DNA of 36,718 nucleotides. It comes from Macrostomum lignano. Taxonomy: Eukaryota. The stretch lies in contig NIVC01001792.1 in the NCBI GenBank assembly GCA_002269645.1, forward strand, positions 1 to 36,718. Reading direction: 5' to 3'. The notes under the pieces were generated by a model that saw only the letters and a list, made by a program, of their open reading frames with translations, did no database searches and was not told the origin of the DNA. The translations under genes were made by a program, and so were the position numbers. This document shows, piece after piece, positions 22,880 through 36,718 of the stretch (its first letter is position 1; every line of letters begins with the position of its first letter).

Positions 22880-25177
22880 ATGTCGTCAAGCGAGCGCAGC
22901 AAGCTGTCAAAATTCTGCCAGCCCGGCAGGCCGTATGTCCGCATCTGCGCACCGATGGTTCGCTACTCCAAGCTTCCGTTTCGCTATCTGATGCGTCAGT
23001 ACGGCTGCGACCTGTGCTACACGCCTATGATCGTCGCTTCGTCCTTTCTGTGCTCCGACAAGGCCAGGGACAACGAATTCGTCACTGGGCCGGGCGACCG
23101 GCCTCTCATAGTGCAGTTCGCTTCTAACGATCCGGCAGAGTTCGCCGCCTGCGTCCAGTTGGTCGAGCCGCACTGCGACGGCGTGGATTTGAATTGCGGC
23201 TGTCCGCAACGCTGGGCCAATCAGCAGAATCTTGGCGTTTGTTTGTGCTCACAGCCGCAACTGTTAGCAGAGATGCTCACGGCTGCCAGGGCGGCGCTGC
23301 GATGTCCTAATAAGTTTGCGCTATCCGCAAAAATTCGATTGTGTCCGGATATGCGCGACACGGAGCGGCTGTGCTTGGTGAGCATGCCATACATGCGCAA
23401 CCTTGGGGATCACTGGCCGTTTCTATTGGCAACACACATATGTAAGTCGCTATTGGCTGAGAGCAGTCACGTGACTACTATTCTGTCCAATAGCGACTTA
23501 CATGTGTGTGCTGTGTGTGTCGCCAATATAAACAGCCGGGTGAATCCCTAGATTGCGCCCAAGCATGTTGGTGAGGGGAGAGCAGTATAAAATTAGCCCA
23601 ATGTACATTCTAAACCCAGAATGTAGATTGCCAGTTTGCTAAAAAATAGCCGCCCAAACCCAGAATGTAGATTGCCAGTTTGCTAAAAAATAGCCGCCCA
23701 AATCCAGAATGTACATTGACAGTGTGCTAAAAATAGACGCTTAAATCCAGAATGTACATTGCCAGTGTGCTAAAAAAATGCCCACATCCAGAATGTGCAT
23801 TGCCAGTGTGTTAAAAATAGACGCCCAAATTTAGAATGTACATTGCCAGTGTGTTAAAAATAGACGCCCAAAATCTAGAATGTACATTGCCAGTGTGCTA
23901 AAAATAGATGCCTTAACCCAGAATGTACATTGCCAGTGACCCAAAAATAGACGCCTAAACCCAGAATGTAGATTGCACAGTTTGCTAAAAATAGCCGCCC
24001 AAATCCAGAATGTACATTGCCAGTGTTCTAAAAATAGACGCTTAAACCCAGAATGTACATTGCCAGTGTTCTAAAAACGCCTAAACCCAGAATGTAGATT
24101 GCCAGTTTGCTAAAAATAGCTTCCCAAATCCAGAATGTACAATACATTGCCAGTGTTCTAAAAATAGACGCCTAACCCAGAATGTAGATTGCCAGTTTGC
24201 TAAAAATAGCCGCCTAAACCCAGAATGTATATTGCCAGTGTGCTAAAAATAGCTGCCCAAATCCAGAATGTACACTGCCAGTGTTCTAAAAATAGACGCC
24301 TAAACCCAGAATTGATGATGTGCTAAAAATAGCCACCCAAATCCAGAATGTACATTGCCAGTGTGCTAGAAATAGATGCCTAAACCCAAAATTTACATTG
24401 CCAGTGTGCTAAAAATAGACGCCCAAATTCAGAATGTACATTGTCTGTCCGTTCTGATTGGCTCTCCGTTCTCGCCTCTTTCCTCAGTCGCGCACTCCAC
24501 CCCCTCTCTTTATTATTCTGGGCTCAACCCCCAAAGTTAAATGTTCTATAAATATATCGGTTTGGGCCCTGCGCCCACTTACTGCTCTTCCTGCTCCTCC
24601 TGCTCCTTCAATTTAACTCCAATTAAATAGTTTTTTGTTTAGTTAGTATTTTTTCTACAGAGATAAGTAAAAATAGCTTTTGCCGCTCTTACCCACTCAG
24701 ACCCTCGAAAAGGCCGGAGCAGATTGGATAACTGTGCACTGTCGCACTCCAACCCAGCGTCACGAGCCGGCAGACTGGGAAGCTTTAGCCCGACTACGCT
24801 CTGTTTTGCCGACCCGCATAGCTCTGGTTGCCAATGGCGACGTGTTTAATCTATTGGACGCGGACAGATTACATTCTCTTACTGGCTGTTTAGGCGTCAT
24901 GTCCGCCAGAGGCCTAATACGCAATCCGGCCATGTTCTCGCCAGAGAGGCCGTTGACAACGCCTAACGAGTGCGTTCGACGATTTTTATGGCTGAGCTTG
25001 AGTCTGGGCCTACCCTATCCGGTGTTTCACTATCACCTGGTGCACATGCTCGAGGATCGATTGAGTCGGGCTGAGGCGCATTTCTTCAATTATTTGACCA
25101 GCGTAGCCGCTGTTATTGACTTTGTCAATCGGTGGGTTCTGAATGCTCATAATGGGGATTGTGGCAATGATGATTGA
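22880..25177 (+). CDS. DUS4L: tRNA-dihydrouridine(20a/20b) synthase 4-like, ~324 aa
   Basis: Exons 22880-23377 and 24701-25177 (phase 0, GTGAGC...CACTCAG). APMVRYSKLPFR, CDLCYTPMI, LIVQFA, catalytic DLNCGCPQRWA, ITVHCRT, ANGDV, GVMSARGLIRNPAMF. An alternative in-frame ATG lies at 22838. Confidence 0.92.
23595..24445. repeat. ~43-bp minisatellite in the DUS4L intron
   Basis: Unit CCAGAATGTACATTGCCAGTGTGCTAAAAATAGACGCCTAAAC with variants. Confidence 0.93.
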
Positions 25178-25880
25178 TGACGATGATAATGGTGATGATG
25201 ATTGATGATGATAGTGATGATGACGATGGTAATGATGATGATTAATGATGATAGTGATGATGGTAATGGTGATAATGATGATTAATGATGATAGTTATGA
25301 TAGCAATGGTAATGATGATGATTAATGATGATAGTGATGATGACAATGGTAATGATGATGATTAATGATGATAGTGATGATGGTAATGGTGATAATGATG
25401 ATTAATGATGATAGTGATGATAATAATGGTGATAATGATGATTAATGATGATAGTGATGATGGTAATGGTGATAATGATGATTAATGATGATAGTGATGA
25501 TGGTAATGGTAATGATAATCATAAATGATGATAGTGATAATGGTAATGGTGATACCGATGATTAATGATGATAGGAATGATGGTAATGATGATGATGATG
25601 ATCATAAATGATGATAGTGATGATGGTAATTGTGATTGGTGATGATGATTATTGATGATGATAGGGATGATGGTAATGGTGATAATGATGATTAATGATG
25701 ATAGTGATGATGGTAATGGTGATGATGATTATTAATGATGATAGGAATGATGGTAATGGTGATGGTTGATGATGATTATTGATTATTAATTGATTAATTG
25801 ATTATTGATTATTAATTGATAGGTATGATGGAAATGGTGATGATAGATAATGGCAATGGTGATGATGATGATGATGATGA
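25150..25880. repeat. GAT/AAT-rich trinucleotide array with ~42-bp higher-order unit (probable DUS4L 3'UTR)
   Basis: GATGATTAATGATGATAGTGATGATGGTAATGGTGATAAT-type units; first AATAAA after it at 25913. Confidence 0.93.
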
Positions 25881-26464
25881 AACTGAACTCAGTCGTGGCA
25901 CAATTAATTTCGAATAAATTATGCTGCAGTGCGCCCTCTGTTTTATCTCATTAAAAGTGCCGTTATGACAGAGCTGAAATAATGTATAAGCCTATCATTA
26001 GCTGTCAGTGCAGGGGAATCTGTTACGATTTGAGATTCTGGCAATGTTTGTCTAAATCATTATTTCCATCTAAATCATCTGTCTTCCTTGTGTGTTCAGA
26101 TTTAAATTTACTGCCTAGTAACCACGGCTACTCGAATTACTAGATATGTCACTCGCAAAAAATCCGCTTATCTACTACTCTTCAGGAGCAAACGTAGCGT
26201 TTTTTGCCTTTAAAATAGTAAAATCAGAAATTTAATATAAAAAATTACAAGAACATTTTTTGCTTCAGCAAACCCTTGTTTAATTGACTCCAGACTGCCT
26301 CAGACTTGACATTATTCAAAAAGAAATAAATTCAAGACTAAGGATTCCAAGAAAACGTGAAAAATCTATAGCGAGCAAAAGAGAAAAGGGGTCGAACCAA
26401 CCCCCCAGCCAGGCCGATAAACAGGTCGGCTTTCCTCTTGTCCGCTTGTGTCTGATTTTGATAT

Positions 26465-26889
26465 CCCTCCTTACTGCTCTCTCATTGGCTGAGCCAGGTT
26501 AGGCCTGTCCCCCAGGCTGATTTTCGTCCGTCTGACTTTGATCTCTCTCCTTACTGCTCTCTGATTGGCTGAGCCAGATTGGACCTGCCCCTAGACTGAG
26601 TTTCGTCCGTCTGACTGACCTCTTTCCTTACTGCTCTCTCATTGGCTGAGCTAGATTGGGCTCCCTAGGCTGAGTTTCTTTACGTCTTTACGTTCACTTG
26701 TGTACATCAAGTTAAGTGCTTGTTGTTCATTCTTGACCCCATATGCTCCTGAGGGTGCAAACACCGAGGAAGACAAGATATTTTAGCTACCACATAAAAT
26801 TCAAGTGACACTGCGCACTGGCGCAGACAAACTACTGAAATAAGAGTAGACGTTGTACTTTTCAGAAATTCTAGTTAGTCTAGCATCTG
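26465..26889 (-). mobile_element. Dispersed repeat copy B (inverted homolog of 19589-20475), 3 tandem units
   Basis: The reverse complement aligns to the unique part and tandem unit of copy A with multiple substitutions and indels. Confidence 0.7.
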
Positions 26890-27236
26890 TCCAAGTAACT
26901 AATGCAGTAAGCTAGTCAATTAGTGTTTATTTATAACTTGTTATTGAGCTCTTTGATCGCATTTTAATGTGTGCTTAAATTAATAGAAATTTATGCTTAA
27001 TAAACTATTATTATATTGACTGTTGTTATTGTGTGCCTTTATGTATGCTTTAGTGTCCTTATTTGCCTAAAGAATCACTAATAAATGATGACTTCATATT
27101 GTCTTACAAATATTTTGTCGCTTTCATTTCTATGAACAATTCTTTCTTGAGTTAATAATCACAATGCAACGACAAATTAATTTCAGCAAAGATCCCCTGA
27201 CAGAACCAAGCTGATTGAGTAGCAACACTAGTGTAA

Positions 27237-33647
<6,411 letters not shown>

Positions 33648-35397
33648 CAAAACACACGATTTTTTGCAAACAATCTGAATAAAATTTTGGAAAAACTCTT
33701 ATTCGACTACTTAAATAAACTTCATCACAAAAGTAGTGTAAAGAGTTTTTTGTTTGTAAATTTAGTTTTTGTCTCAGTTATTTTTTCCGGTTATTAACAA
33801 AATCCGGTTTCTCTTTGGTTTAAATACTCGTATTTCGAGTCCATTGGTTTATTTTTGCTACTCGCTACCAGTGAAAAAAAACAAATTAATTAATCAATAA
33901 TGCTTCGCTAATACATATTTATGTACAGTAGGACTGTACCGTATTGCGCCTGTCTAGCTTATCGTGTCTGCTGGATCTTGTTAAACAATAAATTTATTTT
34001 TGCATAATTTTTTCTATTTATTATATTTTGCTTTCATCTTCAATACCATTAGTAGGGCTTGAGGAAAACTTGTTTTGAAACTCTTCCGCTGTCGTAGGTT
34101 ATATAAGTTTCTTAGCCTTGATTATAGTACTATTAGTAGTGTAAAAAACTGCTGTAACTACTCTCTTTTAGAGTAGAAGAAAATGCACATAAGCCATGCC
34201 TCTCACCCTTTTGTGTGTGCGTCTTTGCAATTTTTTTCTGCTTCTGCTGTTCTTTGGCCTCCCAAGTTTGTCGGCGGTGTTGCTGCTGCTGGTGATGCAG
34301 ATGGATGCAAACAATGCCTGCTTTGTTATTAAAATTGGCCCAAATTCATTTTAACTTACCTTGTATTCATTTGATGCATATTTTCTATTCGCGTAATCAT
34401 CATAATTTATACTGTAAAAATTTAAATTTGTAAAAAAATTCGTTAAATACAGTAAATCCTTGGGCATTAGCATCCTGAATTGCTGCACTCGACTATTCTA
34501 TTGTCACGGACTTGTTAATCTACTTTTTAATTTGAGAATCAATTGTTAATAGAGGCATATTTTCTTATTAATTTATTGTATTATCGTTTATCTTACTGAC
34601 ATTATGTTTTTTCGCTAATTTTCTAGTTGGTAGGTCAGAAAGCTCATCTGATAGTCTTCAGGAATCGTCCACTTAAACAAAGTCCTATTCAAATTCGCGC
34701 TAAAAAGGACCTCGTTGAAATTTTTAAAACGTTCTTTTTTGGTTCGAATTTAAATTTGATTTTGTTGCCGAGTTGATTCTTCAACATTTTCGCTCATTTG
34801 CTCTCAGTTTTTTGTCATTGTTATTTTGTTATTTCTTAATTTTCCATGCCATTGAAATTGAAATTGCTGTTGCTGCTTTTGTTACTGTATCAGTAATATT
34901 TGTTTATAAATAATCCGCTGCAAAACTAACAATATTGAAGGCTTATTGGCTATTTGTAAAATTTCTCCTGTTCGTTTATTGAACTGATTAGTTTAATATT
35001 TCTTATTTAAATATAAAATATCTCGTTCGTTCTTCTATCATTGATCGATAAAATTGGTTTGAGTCATAAAAATCGTTTTAAAAAATCATAAAAAGCAAAA
35101 ATTGATCCATTCTTCTGTTTTCAATGGAGCTGGTCTGTTTTTTTAACCAAATTTGACCAGATATTTGCCAGCCAGAGATTTGCTCGTTCTACGTAAAGAT
35201 AATTTCCTTATATTACATGCACATGTAAGTAGTTAAGGCATTTTTCACTCGATGATATGACCTGAGCCGCGAGCCTTAATATGTACTTTATATATATCTA
35301 GTGTATATCGCATGTACATATGCATGAGTTATGAATTTTGGGCCGTTCAGTTAATGTCGATTGGGTATAAATTGGTATAACAAATTGGGTGAAATTC

Positions 35398-36480
35398 CGC
35401 CGTGTCATCGAGGAGGCGCGCATCCGCCAGTCTACGCTGATCATTTGTCTTCGTTGACTTTCGAAAGGCGTTTGCTTGACTCGGTGTTGAGAGCCGCGCT
35501 TCTTTTGTCCTTCGAGCCTACCGGGTCCGCAGCAGCTGTCATGTCGCTGTTCTGCAGGGCGACACACTAGCGCCGTTCCTCTTCGTGCTGCTGCTGCTGC
35601 ATGGACTGGATGCTTTGGACCGCACTCCCTCGGCTGATGACGGCTTCCTGCTGCGCAGACGCATCAGTCGCCGCCACTGCAAAAAGCGCCTGAGCGTGCT
35701 TGGCTACGCCGACGATCTCGCCCTCCTGTTCTCGGCCGTTGAAGGCGCCCAGCGCCAGATCGACAATAGGTTGGTTGAGGTGGCATCGAGCGTCGGTCTG
35801 GTTGTCAACACACTGAAGACCGAGGAGCTGACTGTGCCAGCCGACATCCCAGCGGACCTGACGTGCCGCGGCGCAGAGGGGCAGACGGCCAAGCTCGTAC
35901 GCTGCCAGTGGTTCACCTTACCACGGCGGTCTGGTGCCCACGTGAAGGAAGACCTCCGGCGGCGCAGAGGACTTGCCTGGGCGGCCTTCCGTTCAATCCG
36001 AGCCGTCCTCCAGTCCGAAGCGCTGCCTGACCGCCAGAGGGCTCGGCTGTGGCAGGCGGTGGTCGAAACCATCCTGCATACAACGCAGAGACGTGGACGT
36101 TGACGGCTACGCTGGAGCATCTAGCAGCTGCATGGACTCGACGCACTCAGGGCTGCAGCTGACGAGAGCGTCAGGACCGAGGCCCTGTACGATCGAGCCA
36201 AGCTGTAGCGCCCGTCCGTCATTCTTCGATGATGGCGCTAACGACTTCAACTGGCGGGTTACATGTACTGTACGTGATCCGGGCCCCGGCCTAGCCCCCG
36301 AACCTGTTCAGGACGTCTTGCTGCTCACACCTTGCAGGGCCCGTTTCAGGCGGGTCAGGCCCGAACCTGTCGATACGTGGACTGCCTGCTATGCGACGCT
36401 AGGGCACCGACACTGCCAACGTGGCGAACTTCGTCCGCTCTCAGGCTCTGCCATCTGACGCGCCTGCTCTAACTGTGACT
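35398..36480 (+). mobile_element. 5'-truncated, decayed RTE-clade LINE (reverse transcriptase remnant)
   Basis: Across frameshifts: RVIEEAR..IIVFVDFRKAF.DSV, AVLQGDTLAPFLFVL, GYADDLALL, GLVVNTLKTE, AWAAF, VVETIL...ETWTLT. Internal deletion before QGD. Confidence 0.85.
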
Positions 36481-36529
36481 TACATGCGGTGCTGCGTATT
36501 TTGCTGTTGTGACTTTATTTTCACCAACT

Positions 36530-36718
36530 TAATAATACTAATAATATTGATTACACCTTACCCTGATGAGCAGATCTGCAACCGACAGCTCAGCAGCCGC
36601 AGCTATTTCACGGCGAATCTGAAGGCTGCGTACGGCTGTTTCAGTCCAAAGACTGGGGGTCGCACACACCCTTAATCAACTCATTCTACCCATTCTACGT
36701 ACAGCTGAGTAAACTGAA
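36530..36718 (-). mobile_element. Possible SINE 3' part with a CORE-like segment, cut by the window edge
   Basis: 36689-36718 (CCCATTCTACGTACAGCTGAGTAAACTGA) resembles the reverse-complemented CORE-SINE motif CCCATTTTACAGATGAGGAAACTGA; TATT-rich tail at ~36530-36550. Confidence 0.3.

Noticed and set aside
24731-24748. DUS4L VHCRT instead of VHGRT as a sign of inactivity
   Set aside because: From memory, HCR occurs in other Dus enzymes, and the catalytic Cys motif NCGCP is intact.
36563-36585. CTGATGA-GCAGATCTGC as a hammerhead ribozyme core
   Set aside because: The required GAAA after stem II is absent.

Overview
Eukaryotic (invertebrate animal) genomic DNA with GC-rich exons in AT-rich spacers. 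A free-living flatworm such as Macrostomum is my guess from style only and is unverified. Five spliced host genes all lie on the + strand: the last exon of PCNP, an EGR-like 3xC2H2 zinc-finger gene, USP22 (Ubp8/nonstop), DUS4L and AMPK alpha. A complete 4.2-kb Sola2-type DNA transposon (5621-9835, ATCT target-site duplication, 5-exon transposase) is present, along with three non-autonomous TIR elements, two inverted copies of a CCAAT-rich repeat and a decayed RTE LINE. The most unusual observations are: (1) a MITE with an 8-bp TSD carries a 64-bp piece of 28S rDNA spanning the R2/I-PpoI target, altered exactly at the cut site; (2) all 9 host-gene introns are filled by their own tandem arrays while the 4 transposase introns are short and clean, and one array is built from splice-junction-like units; (3) matching single-base homopolymer losses break both AMPK and the transposase, which suggests assembly error and a possibly intact transposon. 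No CRISPR arrays, tRNA genes or complete rRNA genes were found. Gene models and alignments were done by hand and family assignments come from remembered motifs, not database searches.
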